A stretch of DNA of 59,721 nucleotides from a virus (IMGVR_UViG_3300033153_014453:1-59721); one strand, 5' to 3'. Counted from the first letter of the stretch, positions 17,628-27,801 are shown. Notes: a model not told the origin generated them from the sequence alone. Numbers and translations are program-made.

Positions 17628-17722
17628 GGGTTTAAGGATAGTCCTTAAGTAAGGAAAGAAGAAAAATAGGAAAATAAGAAATAAAAATAAAAAATAAGAA
17701 AAATTTCTAAATCTTACTCCTT

Positions 17723-18322
17723 ATGCGCTTATCAGATACTCATAAAGAAATAGCTAGACTAATGGCCAGTGGGCTTAAGAATAAAGAAATAAGCCAACTA
17801 GTAGGAATGACTCCTCAGAGGATTAGTATTTTAAGGCATAATCCTTTAATGAGAGCAGAAATTGAGAAAGTTAGAAAACTAAGAGATGAAGGTTACGTTA
17901 AGGTTATAGAGGTTTTTACCAAGAATAGTGAAAAGATAGCTAATGAGCTAGTGAAAATGGTAGATGATCCTAATGTTCCACATGTGGTTAGGAAACAAGC
18001 AGCGGAGGTTATTATAAGTAAGTTAGAAAGTAAATTAATGGAAAGAGAAAGAAGAAGTGAGAGGGTAGAAGAAAGCAATGAAGAAGAATGGACATTTGAA
18101 CAAGTGCTAAGAGTTAGTAAGAAAGAAAGAAAAAAAGAAGAAAAAGAAGAAAAAGAAATAGATGAAAGTGATGTAACTGATGTTGAGTTTTTTGTAGAAG
18201 AAAAAAAAGAAAAGAAAAAAGAAAAAGAAAAAAAAGAAAAAATTTCCTTACCTGATATAAAACAAGATAACAGGGAAGTTTTTATAAATCCTAAGCTAAA
18301 AGAAGTCTTAGGCTTAGGTTAG
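17723..18322 (+). CDS. terS: Probable terminase small subunit (N-terminal HTH)
   Basis: HTH GLKNKEISQLVGMTPQRIS; position upstream of terL. Confidence 0.6.
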   Translation: MRLSDTHKEIARLMASGLKNKEISQLVGMTPQRISILRHNPLMRAEIEKVRKLRDEGYVKVIEVFTKNSEKIANELVKMVDDPNVPHVVRKQAAEVIISKLESKLMERERRSERVEESNEEEWTFEQVLRVSKKERKKEEKEEKEIDESDVTDVEFFVEEKKEKKKEKEKKEKISLPDIKQDNREVFINPKLKEVLGLG

Positions 18323-18353
18323 GAAAAAATTAAAAATTTCTTAGAAAATCCTT

Positions 18354-18539
18354 ATGCCAGAACCAAGAAAAGGCGAAAAAAGGTCAGAATATATCTCAAG
18401 ATGCGTGGAGTTTCTTATTAAAAAAGAAGGCCTTGAGAGAGATCATGCTTTAGGTAAGTGTTATGGAATGTGGAGAAGTAAAGATAAGAAAAAGAAAATA
18501 AGAAAAGTTGCTAAGAGGAAAATAAGAAAAAAGAAATAA
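18354..18539 (+). CDS. Small basic phage protein (MPxPRKGE..YISRC type)
   Basis: Motif seen in phage head modules. Confidence 0.65.
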   Translation: MPEPRKGEKRSEYISRCVEFLIKKEGLERDHALGKCYGMWRSKDKKKKIRKVAKRKIRKKK

Positions 18540-18581
18540 GAAATAAGAAATAAGAAATAAAATTTTAAATTCTTCTCTTAA

Positions 18582-20366
18582 ATGAACTCAACTACTATAA
18601 AAAACCTAGCAAAAATCTTCGCAGATTATGAACTCTACGCTAGAACTTTGCTTAAAATAAGAACAAAAAAACAAAAACTCACAAATCTTGCTTTTAACAA
18701 TCCTCAAAAACGCTTACATCAAGCAATAGAATCTCACATAAAAAAAGCCCCTGATACTTTACCAAGAGTAATAGTCTTAAAAGCTCGCCAAGAAGGGATT
18801 TCTACCTATGCAGAAGGTAGAATCTTTTGGTATACTCACACAAATGAAAACACTGAAAGCAGAATAATCGCTCATGAAAATGAAGCAGGTGAGAATATTT
18901 TCAAAATGTGTAGGCTTTTTTATGAAGAACTACCTGCTAAACTAAGACCTATGCTTAAATATTCGACAAAAAAAGAACTTACTTTTGAAAATCCTAATAA
19001 AAAAACCTATCTTTCTAACCCAGGTCTTAGAAGTAAGCTCTCAGTTCTAACTGCTGGAAAAAAAGAAGCAGGTAGAAGTCAAGCCTTACATCATTTGCAT
19101 GCCTCAGAATTAGCTTCCTGGCAATTTCCTGAAAACATCGTTCCTGCACTTTTACCTACCATTCCGCTTACAAAAAATAATTTCATAATTTATGAATCCA
19201 CCGCTAAAGGCGTTGGTAATTTTTTTCACAAAGAATGGCTAGCAGCCGAACAAGGAGAAAGTAATTTTTTTCCTCATTTTATTCCTTGGTTCGAGCTTCC
19301 TGAGTATAGCGCTCAGTTCAACACCGAAAAAGATAAGGCTATTTTTATAGAAGCCTTAACAGAAGAAGAAAAGGAACTGATAGCTCTATACTCCCTTACA
19401 CCGGAACAACTTCTGTGGCGTAGGCTAGAGATTAGAAATCTCAGCGGCGATGTGGAATTGTTCCGGCAGGAATTTCCATGCTCTCCTGAAGAGGCTTTTA
19501 TAGTAACTGGATCGCCTATTTTTGACAGAATAGCCTTAAGAGAAATGTCCAGAGCAGTAAAAAAGCCTATTTGGAGAGGGTTTGTAGATATAAGGCAAAA
19601 ACTAGTAGCAGATGAAAAAGGAGAATTAAAAATATGGGAGTTTCCTAAGAGAAATTCAGAATATGTAATAGGCGCTGATATAGCAGATGGTGGTGAGGAT
19701 GGAGATTATTCTTGTGCTATTGTTTGGAAAAAAGCAAAATTCCCTTTCATAGCTCACCAAGTAGCAGAATGGCATGGAAGAGTAGATCCTTATTCTTTTG
19801 CTAAGATTTTAGACAAGCTAGGAAATTATTACAACATAGCACTTATAGCTCCAGAAACTAATTCCTTTGGCCAAGGAACTGCTTATGAGCTTAGCAAAAC
19901 TTATGGAAGACTTTTCAGACCAGTAAGAGTTGATAAACTAGGAGCTACTTATAAAGATATCCTAGGCTGGCAAACTACTTTGCATTCTAAAAAGCTCCTA
20001 GTAGCTTATATGTCTCATTGTGTTGCTAAGAAGCTAATTTTCATAAACTCAATAGACCTAATCCGTGAATGTATGACATTCGTGAGAGATAGCTTAAACA
20101 CTGCTGGAAGCGCTGCTGGAAAAGGTCATGATGACAGAGTAATGGCTGCTATGATAGGGCTTTATGCTTTACAGCAAGAAATGCTAAACTTAGATGAATC
20201 AGATGTTAGTATCATGTTCTCCTCAACTGCTGATCCTGTTCCTAAGGAAAAAATACTCTCTAAAGTTAAACTCATGAATGAGATGCAATATAGAATAGAT
20301 CCAGATTTAGAACAGATAATAGAAGAGCCTTATGAAAGTTATGGTAATTCTTGGCTTAATTTATAA
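18582..20366 (+). CDS. terL: Terminase large subunit
   Basis: LKARQEGIS, LHASE, YESTAKG, IGADIA and HDDRVMA motifs. Confidence 0.95.
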   Translation: MNSTTIKNLAKIFADYELYARTLLKIRTKKQKLTNLAFNNPQKRLHQAIESHIKKAPDTLPRVIVLKARQEGISTYAEGRIFWYTHTNENTESRIIAHENEAGENIFKMCRLFYEELPAKLRPMLKYSTKKELTFENPNKKTYLSNPGLRSKLSVLTAGKKEAGRSQALHHLHASELASWQFPENIVPALLPTIPLTKNNFIIYESTAKGVGNFFHKEWLAAEQGESNFFPHFIPWFELPEYSAQFNTEKDKAIFIEALTEEEKELIALYSLTPEQLLWRRLEIRNLSGDVELFRQEFPCSPEEAFIVTGSPIFDRIALREMSRAVKKPIWRGFVDIRQKLVADEKGELKIWEFPKRNSEYVIGADIADGGEDGDYSCAIVWKKAKFPFIAHQVAEWHGRVDPYSFAKILDKLGNYYNIALIAPETNSFGQGTAYELSKTYGRLFRPVRVDKLGATYKDILGWQTTLHSKKLLVAYMSHCVAKKLIFINSIDLIRECMTFVRDSLNTAGSAAGKGHDDRVMAAMIGLYALQQEMLNLDESDVSIMFSSTADPVPKEKILSKVKLMNEMQYRIDPDLEQIIEEPYESYGNSWLNL

Positions 20367-20379
20367 GCAGAGGTAAGTC

Positions 20380-20931
20380 ATGGTAGAAAAAGAAAAAGAA
20401 AAAAACCTAACAAAAGAAGACCTAAACAAAGCAGCAGAGTTAATTGCACTTCAACTACCTGATAGAGCAATAGAACTCTTAAAAAGCATCCAAAAAGATC
20501 ATAAAATAGAATTCTGGCAGCTAATTTGTGGGATTTTACTAGAAGTAGAAACCGAAGGTAGGCTAAGTGCTTTCACGCTTGATCCTTCTTGGGAAAAAGG
20601 TTTAAAACAAGAAGAGCTTATTTGTAAAAGGTGTGGAAAAAAATTTAAACCTAGATGCATAGGCCAGCCTTATTGTAGTAATGAATGTGGGTTAGCTGCT
20701 GAGGAAGAAAAAAGAAAAAATCAAGAAAAAGAAAAAAAAGAAAAAGAAGAAAAAAACCCTCTTAAAGAAAAAGAACCCTTAGAGGAATCAAATGAACCAA
20801 TTAATACAAATAACCCTACTAACAAGTTCAATAATCTCAATGATAACAATCCTCCTAGTTCTAAGCCTAAACCTAATATTATGGAGGAGCTTTCTAAACT
20901 CGGAGCAAAGAAAAAATCAAGAAAAAAATAA
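20380..20931 (+). CDS. Zn-finger protein
   Basis: CKRCGKKF...YCSNEC. Confidence 0.65.
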   Translation: MVEKEKEKNLTKEDLNKAAELIALQLPDRAIELLKSIQKDHKIEFWQLICGILLEVETEGRLSAFTLDPSWEKGLKQEELICKRCGKKFKPRCIGQPYCSNECGLAAEEEKRKNQEKEKKEKEEKNPLKEKEPLEESNEPINTNNPTNKFNNLNDNNPPSSKPKPNIMEELSKLGAKKKSRKK

Positions 20932-21148
20932 CCAAAAAACCAAAAAATCTTTCTTAAAAAATATTTTTTCTCCTAACCTTGACTCAACTACTGATGTGAT
21001 AATAAGAAAAGAATCAGACCTAGTAGATCAATTTTCAGATAACTCAATAACTCATGAACAATTAGAGTGGGCTTACGAAATGGGAGCTAAAACTGAAGAA
21101 GAAGCTAAAGATTTAATATCCCAAGTAACCAAGGAATTAAATCCTTAA
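20792..21148 (+). CDS. Single-pass membrane protein
   Basis: N-terminal hydrophobic helix; GAGG RBS. Confidence 0.55.
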   Translation: MNQLIQITLLTSSIISMITILLVLSLNLILWRSFLNSEQRKNQEKNNQKTKKSFLKNIFSPNLDSTTDVIIRKESDLVDQFSDNSITHEQLEWAYEMGAKTEEEAKDLISQVTKELNP

Positions 21149-21169
21149 CAAGGAGTTAAATCCTTAAAA

Positions 21170-22336
21170 ATGACTATAATAGAAAACGAAGTAGATCTAA
21201 TAGGCAAAGAAGACATCGCTTTTGGTGATTCCTCACAAACCTGGGATCGTAAAGGTTACACAGGTACTACTGTTCCTGTTCATTACATAGATGCATCTGT
21301 AATTCCTGCTCCTACTTCTTTAGGAGGTTTCATAGGAGATCACTTACATGCTCAAAACACAGATACATCTACTACTGCGAGTTCTTACGTAATAGGTTCT
21401 AAACTAGAACTTTCTTCTAGTGGTCTTACTGCTAAGAGAACTTTTACTTTCCCTGATTCAGGAAATCAACAATTAGTAGGCTCTAATGACTTAGCTTCTA
21501 CTTCTAACTCAAAAGGAGCTTCTTTAGTAGGTTTAGAAGACAGTGGAAGTTATTACTCAAGTGATAACATAGAAGATGCTTTACAAGAAGTAGGTTATTC
21601 TATTTACACTTTAGAAAGCTCTACTTTTAACCGAGGAATGAAAATAGGCTTCAAGCTAGGTTATTCTTCTTCCGATACCATCACCATCGGAGGTGGAATC
21701 TGGGCTCATGCAGGTACTACTAACCAACATGTAAAACTTACTTCTCAAATAACCTTTACCCTAGGACCAAGTGGTTCTAATAGTGCTTCTTCTAACTTAG
21801 GAGCAAATGAAATTCATTACATCTACATAGATGACTCTGCTGTAGTAGCTCTTGCTTCTAGTACATTAACTGAAAATGAGTTTTTAAATTCTACCATAGC
21901 TCCTACCTACAACCATGCAAAAGTAGGTTTCTATAATGGTAATGATAGATGTATAGGAGCAATAAGAACAGATGATTCTGGAAATATATTACAATTCTCA
22001 GTTTTTGGAGATAACTTCTATCGCTATGCTTCTCCTTTAGCTGAATTCACAACTGCTGCTGCTCCTGTTGCTTATAGCTCTCTTGATGTCTCAAGCTCGG
22101 TTCCTAGATTTGCAACCAGGGTTCGTATAAGAATAACAAACGTAACAGGTGGAACTAGTTTGTTTTTTGATACTTCTTCTACAAGTGTAACTCCTGAGGC
22201 TTATACTATGGACTCTGCTAATAAAGCCTATACTTTTGATGTTCCTACCAACAACACTCAGTCAATCTACTGGTATGCAAGTGCTGCTAATAATGTAGAC
22301 ATAGACGTTGTTGGTTATTATATGGATGAGTTATAA
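21170..22336 (+). CDS. Ser/Thr-rich fibre or virion appendage protein
   Basis: HAQNTD, RTFTFPD and GASLVGLED..IEDALQE fibre motifs. Confidence 0.7.
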   Translation: MTIIENEVDLIGKEDIAFGDSSQTWDRKGYTGTTVPVHYIDASVIPAPTSLGGFIGDHLHAQNTDTSTTASSYVIGSKLELSSSGLTAKRTFTFPDSGNQQLVGSNDLASTSNSKGASLVGLEDSGSYYSSDNIEDALQEVGYSIYTLESSTFNRGMKIGFKLGYSSSDTITIGGGIWAHAGTTNQHVKLTSQITFTLGPSGSNSASSNLGANEIHYIYIDDSAVVALASSTLTENEFLNSTIAPTYNHAKVGFYNGNDRCIGAIRTDDSGNILQFSVFGDNFYRYASPLAEFTTAAAPVAYSSLDVSSSVPRFATRVRIRITNVTGGTSLFFDTSSTSVTPEAYTMDSANKAYTFDVPTNNTQSIYWYASAANNVDIDVVGYYMDEL

Positions 22337-24175
22337 ATGAAAGATAAACCAGATAAGAAAACACTTAGTTCTAGTTCTAGTTCTAGTTCTAGTTCCAAAA
22401 CTCCTACCAAAGAACAACTAGAAGAAATAGCTCGTTTAGAAAAAGTAAAAACTAACTTAGAAAAACTAGAAGAACTAAAACTAGTAAACAAACTTAATAC
22501 TATGTTCCTAGAAGCTGCTACCTTTAAGGAGCAGATTTCTAAAAACTGGGAAAAGTTTGTTTCCTTCCTACGAGGCGAAGGACAATGGCCTAAGTTAAGA
22601 CCTTCTCATAAAGTAAGTGCTGTTTTTAATTTCTTACTAGAAAACATCGAGCGCAAAACTGCTCTTTTATCTGATGCTAAACCTATTCCAAAAGTAACTC
22701 CTCGTGCAGATGCTTATCAAGACACAGCTGATTTGCTTAATATTGTTTTTGAGCTTATTTTTCAAGATTCCAGCTTCCTAGAAGCAAACAAAGACTTAAT
22801 AGAAAACGCTCAAGTTTTTGGAACAGGTTTCTTAGGTACTTACTATGACAAAGAAGCAGATTTTGGATCAGGTGAAATAATAATCCCTGCTCATGATCCA
22901 AGGGCTTGTTATTTTGATCCTATGGTTTTGAAATCTTATCTCCTAACCAAAGGAGAATTCTTCATCACAGAAGATGTTTGGAGCTTAGAAAAAGCTCGTG
23001 ATGTTTTTCCAGATAGAGCAGATGAGATAAAGCCTAACAACAAAATAAATATCCTTACAAATGATCAAAGACAAAATCCTTTGCTAAAAGTCTTTCGTCA
23101 AGTATGGAGGCCTAATTATCAACAAACCCAGCAATCTTTGCTTCCAAGAGTAAGTATAAAAGAATTCTGGTGGCGAGATAGAAGCAAGGATTCTAATGGA
23201 AATTATAAGTTTAGAAATGCTTCCAGGAAAACTATCCTTATAAATGATTCCATAGTAGTAGACGATGGAGATAACCCTTATTATGATTCAGAATTCCCAG
23301 TAGAAATGCTCGTCTGGCATACAGATTTCGAATCTGGTTGGGGATGGGGTGATGTTGAGCTTTTAAAATCTCCGCAAGAAGTACATAATAAGCTAATTGC
23401 TACTATCCTAGAAAACCTTCTTCTTATGAGCAATGCAATCTGGATAGGAGATGAAAATGCACTTAGCAAAGAAAACTGGCGGCGCTTAACAAACGCTCCT
23501 GGAAGTATCATAAAAAAGCGCCCTGGAACTGAGCTTAGACGTGAACAGGGAGTAGCTATTCCTGAGCATATCTTCAAAATGGTCGAATACATAGAGCGTG
23601 CTGATGAGAAGATCTCAGGCCTAGTAGACGTTCTTCGTGGAATAAGAACAGGCCAAGTTTCTAGTGGCGTAGGAATAGAAAGCCTTCAATTAATGGCTCA
23701 AGCTCTTATTAGATTAAGATCTCGCTCAATAGAAGCCTTACACGAGCGTTTAGGAAGAAAAATAATCTCAAGAATCTTCCAATACTATGAACCAAAAAAG
23801 ATCTTTGAAATCTTAAAACTAAAATCCGATTCAGAGCCAGATATAAAAGCAATAGAATCAGAGCTCTTAAAACAAACATCCAAGCGTAGAAGAACTGCTT
23901 GGAAAGATGTTATTTTCAAAGTAGAACCTGGAAGCATGCTTTCTATTACAAAGACTCAAAGACAAGTAGTTAGTTTTAAGTTAAGAGAAATAGGCGCCAT
24001 AGATGACAAAGCCTTGCTTGATGATCTTGAGTATCCTAACAGGGAAAAAGTCCTAGCAAGAGTAGAAAAAAAGCGCCAAGATGCAGCTAATAAAGAAATA
24101 GAATCCCAACAAGGAAGTGCTAGTACGCAGTTTCCGCATCAAAAAGGAGGTTCTCCTGCTGGGAGATTCATGTAA
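22337..24175 (+). CDS. Portal protein (P22-like)
   Basis: 612 aa; WGWGDVELLKSPQ, ISGLVDVLRG...SGVGI; position in head module. Confidence 0.85.
   Translation: MKDKPDKKTLSSSSSSSSSSKTPTKEQLEEIARLEKVKTNLEKLEELKLVNKLNTMFLEAATFKEQISKNWEKFVSFLRGEGQWPKLRPSHKVSAVFNFLLENIERKTALLSDAKPIPKVTPRADAYQDTADLLNIVFELIFQDSSFLEANKDLIENAQVFGTGFLGTYYDKEADFGSGEIIIPAHDPRACYFDPMVLKSYLLTKGEFFITEDVWSLEKARDVFPDRADEIKPNNKINILTNDQRQNPLLKVFRQVWRPNYQQTQQSLLPRVSIKEFWWRDRSKDSNGNYKFRNASRKTILINDSIVVDDGDNPYYDSEFPVEMLVWHTDFESGWGWGDVELLKSPQEVHNKLIATILENLLLMSNAIWIGDENALSKENWRRLTNAPGSIIKKRPGTELRREQGVAIPEHIFKMVEYIERADEKISGLVDVLRGIRTGQVSSGVGIESLQLMAQALIRLRSRSIEALHERLGRKIISRIFQYYEPKKIFEILKLKSDSEPDIKAIESELLKQTSKRRRTAWKDVIFKVEPGSMLSITKTQRQVVSFKLREIGAIDDKALLDDLEYPNREKVLARVEKKRQDAANKEIESQQGSASTQFPHQKGGSPAGRFM
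22367..22396 (+). repeat. (AGTTCT)4-AGTTCC in-frame repeat encoding poly-Ser
   Basis: Read directly from the sequence. Confidence 0.9.
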
Positions 24176-24178
24176 GCA

Positions 24179-24547
24179 ATGGAACTAGAAGTCCTACCAC
24201 CTGAAGAGATTTTTGCTTATTTGGATGAAATAAAAAAAGTAAACTACCAACTAAATCATTGGTTAGATATTATAAAACTTGTTCTTAATAATAAAGCTAG
24301 GCTTATTCTTTGTAGAAAAAATGCCAAACCTATTGGTGTACTTATAGCTGAAACTACTACTGAGAATTTTTTCATAATCTTAGTTATCTCAAAAAACAAA
24401 GCTAAGGTTAATTTTCAAGAATTTTACAAAGAGTTAAAAAGGCTAAATTATAAAAAAATAGCCTTCTACTCTGCACGTAATAGTAAAGCAATAGAAAGAG
24501 CTTTCAAGGTAAATCACATAACAAGCGTTTTCGAAAAGGAGCTTTAA
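24179..24547 (+). CDS. Putative GNAT-like protein of the morphogenesis module
   Basis: Size and beta-strand/helix pattern; position. Confidence 0.4.
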   Translation: MELEVLPPEEIFAYLDEIKKVNYQLNHWLDIIKLVLNNKARLILCRKNAKPIGVLIAETTTENFFIILVISKNKAKVNFQEFYKELKRLNYKKIAFYSARNSKAIERAFKVNHITSVFEKEL

Positions 24548-24548
24548 A

Positions 24549-25388
24549 ATGGGAGGTTTTGGTGGAGGCAGCGAAGGAACAGCAAGAGGAGCAAGTGTAG
24601 CTGTTGGAGATATAGATGTTAGTCCTAGAGCAGAAATAAGTACTGAAATAGAAGGTGGTGGTAATATAAGTAGCTCTGCTGAAGTAGGACTAGGTATAGG
24701 AGCTGATTACTCTTCTATGCCTGATTATCATTCGCCTGCTGAAGTAGGAAGAGCTGATATGAGTAGAGAAACAGCAGTTACAGGAGGAGGTCCAGAAATA
24801 GGTTCTCCCTTGAATGAAAAACTTATAAATACGGCATTCTCTTTAGCAGGCCCAGCAGGTTGGTTAGCTAAAGGTATATATCATGCAGCTAAAAAAAGCG
24901 GAAAACTAGGTGAAGGAATTGGAGAAGATGGTGGTTTTTCTCCTGAGCCTGGAGAACACGTAAGAGAAGGTCAAGGAACTAAACTCCCAGTCGCTCCTGA
25001 ACCTAGTCCTACTTATGCTCCTGTTCAAACAATAGCTGAAAAACCAACTGAACCTGATTCTATTTTTGGTCCACTTACTGGGGAACTTCCCGTTACATCA
25101 GAAGAAACAGTGGCTCCTATAGAACCTGAAGTAATCTCTGCTCCTCCTAGTTATCAGGCTAAAATTCCACTTACTCCTGAACAAATTGATATAGCTAACA
25201 AACGAAAACAAGCAGAAGCATTAAGAAAACAAGCAGATCTCGCAGAAGAAGAAGCTAATCTTTTAGAACTCTTATCAGCAAGAGATGTTGCTTATACAAG
25301 AGGAAGAAGAATAGTACCTAGAACTGCTCTTGAACGTAGATTAGGTGTGCCTCCAGTGTTAGGAGCAGCTAAGCATAGGACGGCATAA
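24549..25388 (+). CDS. Gly/Pro/Glu-rich probable virion protein
   Basis: MGGFGGGS start; low complexity. Confidence 0.55.
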   Translation: MGGFGGGSEGTARGASVAVGDIDVSPRAEISTEIEGGGNISSSAEVGLGIGADYSSMPDYHSPAEVGRADMSRETAVTGGGPEIGSPLNEKLINTAFSLAGPAGWLAKGIYHAAKKSGKLGEGIGEDGGFSPEPGEHVREGQGTKLPVAPEPSPTYAPVQTIAEKPTEPDSIFGPLTGELPVTSEETVAPIEPEVISAPPSYQAKIPLTPEQIDIANKRKQAEALRKQADLAEEEANLLELLSARDVAYTRGRRIVPRTALERRLGVPPVLGAAKHRTA

Positions 25389-25460
25389 GAAATAAGAAAT
25401 AAACAATAAGCAAAAATAAAAATATCTACCTTTTAACTTTCTACCCTTAAGGAGAAAAAA

Positions 25461-25859
25461 ATGCCAGTTGATGAAATAAACTACATGAATGAAATAGCTG
25501 CTATGCCAGGAGAAAACACTGCTGAAATGCCTCCTGCTGAAATGCCAATGGAAGAACCTTCCGTTGATACTACTACTCCTCCTACTAGCGAAGGCTCTCA
25601 ACTAGGAGGTCCTGGAATAGATACTCCTCAAGAAAAAGCAGCTATAGCTAAACTAATCCAAGGTGGAATCTTTATGCGTCAAGCAACTCAACATGATCCA
25701 TCTATTCGTTACATCTTGGATCAACACTTAGAAAAAATGTTCTTAGACATTGCTAATCACTATGGCGTTGCTGAAGAAGGAAAACTTGCCCTTAAGCAAG
25801 CGAAAATGCGAGTAGCTGAAAAACGCCGAAATAGGTTAGCAGGTCCTCCTATTGGCTAA
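25461..25859 (+). CDS. Hypothetical head-module protein
   Basis: AAGGAG RBS; Pro/Met-rich N-terminus. Confidence 0.7.
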   Translation: MPVDEINYMNEIAAMPGENTAEMPPAEMPMEEPSVDTTTPPTSEGSQLGGPGIDTPQEKAAIAKLIQGGIFMRQATQHDPSIRYILDQHLEKMFLDIANHYGVAEEGKLALKQAKMRVAEKRRNRLAGPPIG

Positions 25860-25864
25860 GGCTA

Positions 25865-25904
25865 GAAAGCTAGAAGAAAATTAAATTTTCTAGCTTTCCT
25901 TCTT
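25865..25904 (+). terminator. Possible weak terminator
   Basis: 11-bp stem GAAAGCTAGAA/TTCTAGCTTTC followed by pyrimidines. Confidence 0.45.
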
Positions 25905-25976
25905 ACTAACTTCTAACCTCTGGAGATTCTATGGACTCTAAATAGAGCAACCAGAGAACAACGAAGGAGCTAAAAG

Positions 25977-26801
25977 ATGACTGAGAAAGATAAGGAAACA
26001 AGAAATGACGACCAAACTGAAAACTTTACAAAAGTTGATCCTAATTCTCTTCCCGATGAGCTGAAAGACATTTATAAAAGTCTTCAAGCTGATTACACTA
26101 AAAAAACTCAATCTCTTGCCGAGATGAGAAAGGAATGGGAAAAAGAAAAAAACCAACTAATGGATCAACTAAAAGTCCTCGGTGCTTATGAAAATGAAAT
26201 CCAGCGCTGGCGAACATGGTACGAGGAATTGGAAAAAGAAGCTAATGCAGGAGAGATAACTGATCCTAACAGAAGCAACGATCTAGATAATCTTTTAGAT
26301 GATGCTACAAATTCTAACTCTGATCCTGGTTCTACTTCTGATGCTACTAAACAAATTGCTGCTCTTAAAAAAGAAATCGAAGCTCTAACAGGTCAGCTCT
26401 CTTCCTTGCATGAAGCTATCAAAACAACAGATGACAGAACTGCTCGTATGTTTACTTATCAATCACAGTTATCCGATCTTGAAAAAGAATATGCTGAACT
26501 TGCAAAGAGCTTAGGCAAAGATAACTTGGAACTTGATAGAGTGAAACTTCTCCAGTATGCAAAAGAACACGGAATAACTGATCTCAAGCGTGCTTATCAG
26601 GAAGTCTATGCTGATGATATTATAGAAAAGCGTGCAAGAGATAGGCTCCGTGAACTTGAACAAGAACGCAGAACTAGAGGCATTCATTCTACAGGTAGAA
26701 AAGTAGTCTTCAAGCCTAGCTCTGAGAAACCGAGGTCTTTTTCTGAAGCAACTGAACAAGTTTTAAATGAACTATCAAAAGATGGGATGCTTGGGATGTA
26801 G
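25977..26801 (+). CDS. Capsid scaffolding protein
   Basis: LQADYTKKTQSLAE motif; acidic coiled coil just before the capsid gene. Confidence 0.85.
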   Translation: MTEKDKETRNDDQTENFTKVDPNSLPDELKDIYKSLQADYTKKTQSLAEMRKEWEKEKNQLMDQLKVLGAYENEIQRWRTWYEELEKEANAGEITDPNRSNDLDNLLDDATNSNSDPGSTSDATKQIAALKKEIEALTGQLSSLHEAIKTTDDRTARMFTYQSQLSDLEKEYAELAKSLGKDNLELDRVKLLQYAKEHGITDLKRAYQEVYADDIIEKRARDRLRELEQERRTRGIHSTGRKVVFKPSSEKPRSFSEATEQVLNELSKDGMLGM

Positions 26802-26880
26802 GAAAAAAGAAAATAAGAAAAAGTTTTATTTCTTATTTACTTGCTTATTTTCCTCTCCTAAGCACAAGGAGGTTTAAAAA

Positions 26881-27801
26881 ATGGCTCTTACCTATGATCA
26901 AATTGATGCTCATGTACGTAAAAAGTACATTCCTGTTCTTCAGGATGCTTTCTATTACTCTAATCCTCTTGTTAGTATTCTCACTGACAAATCCAAGGTA
27001 ACTTTCGATTCTGGTAAAACTATTGACATTCCTATCCTGTATGGAGAGGAAAATTCTGGATGGTATACTGGGCTTGATACCTTTAACATTGACACCAAAG
27101 AAGTTACCACTCTTGCTGAATTTGATTGGTATAACTTCTATGTCAATGTTACCCTCACTGGTGAAGATATGCTCAAGGTAGAAGGTGATGAAAAAATCAT
27201 CTCCCTTGTAGAAACCAGGATGGAGAATGCAAGCAAGACGGCTAACCGAAAACTCAATATGGCCATGTACACTTCTGGTGGGAGTAAAGCAATTAAAACT
27301 CTCACTGATGCTATAGGTATTTCTGGTACTTATGGTGGGATCTCTAAGGATGACTACTCCTGGTGGCAAGGAAATGTGAATGCCACTGGAGGAGCATTTA
27401 CTATGCAAATGCTCATGGATGTCTATGGAGATTGCTGTGACGGGCCTATTCAGCCGGATTTGATTATCACAACGCAGAATATTTATAATGAAATCTGGTC
27501 TCGTGTACAGCCTGCTCAGAGGGGAAATCTCGAAAATACACCTACTCTTGCTCGTATTGGTTATACCGGGATTTCTTTTAACAATGCTACTATTGTAGTA
27601 GACAAATATTGTCCCGCTGGGCATATTTTTGTTCTTAATACCGAATTCTGGAAACTTGTTGTACATAAGAAACGCAATATGTATTGGACCGAACCTAAGG
27701 TTCCCATCAACCAAGATGCTTATGTCCGGCAACTCTTGTGGCGAGGAGCACTTATTTGTGCTGCACCTAGATGGCAAGGGTATGTTGCTAATGTTTCTTA
27801 G
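26881..27801 (+). CDS. Major capsid protein
   Basis: 306 aa after scaffold; strong RBS; GTYGGI, PDLIITT patterns. Confidence 0.88.
   Translation: MALTYDQIDAHVRKKYIPVLQDAFYYSNPLVSILTDKSKVTFDSGKTIDIPILYGEENSGWYTGLDTFNIDTKEVTTLAEFDWYNFYVNVTLTGEDMLKVEGDEKIISLVETRMENASKTANRKLNMAMYTSGGSKAIKTLTDAIGISGTYGGISKDDYSWWQGNVNATGGAFTMQMLMDVYGDCCDGPIQPDLIITTQNIYNEIWSRVQPAQRGNLENTPTLARIGYTGISFNNATIVVDKYCPAGHIFVLNTEFWKLVVHKKRNMYWTEPKVPINQDAYVRQLLWRGALICAAPRWQGYVANVS

Noticed and set aside
22367-22396. Phase-variable repeat in the portal gene
   Set aside because: The hexamer unit keeps the frame and only alters a poly-Ser linker
26845-27777. 310-aa antisense ORF over the capsid gene
   Set aside because: No motifs or RBS; typical shadow of a codon-biased, highly expressed gene
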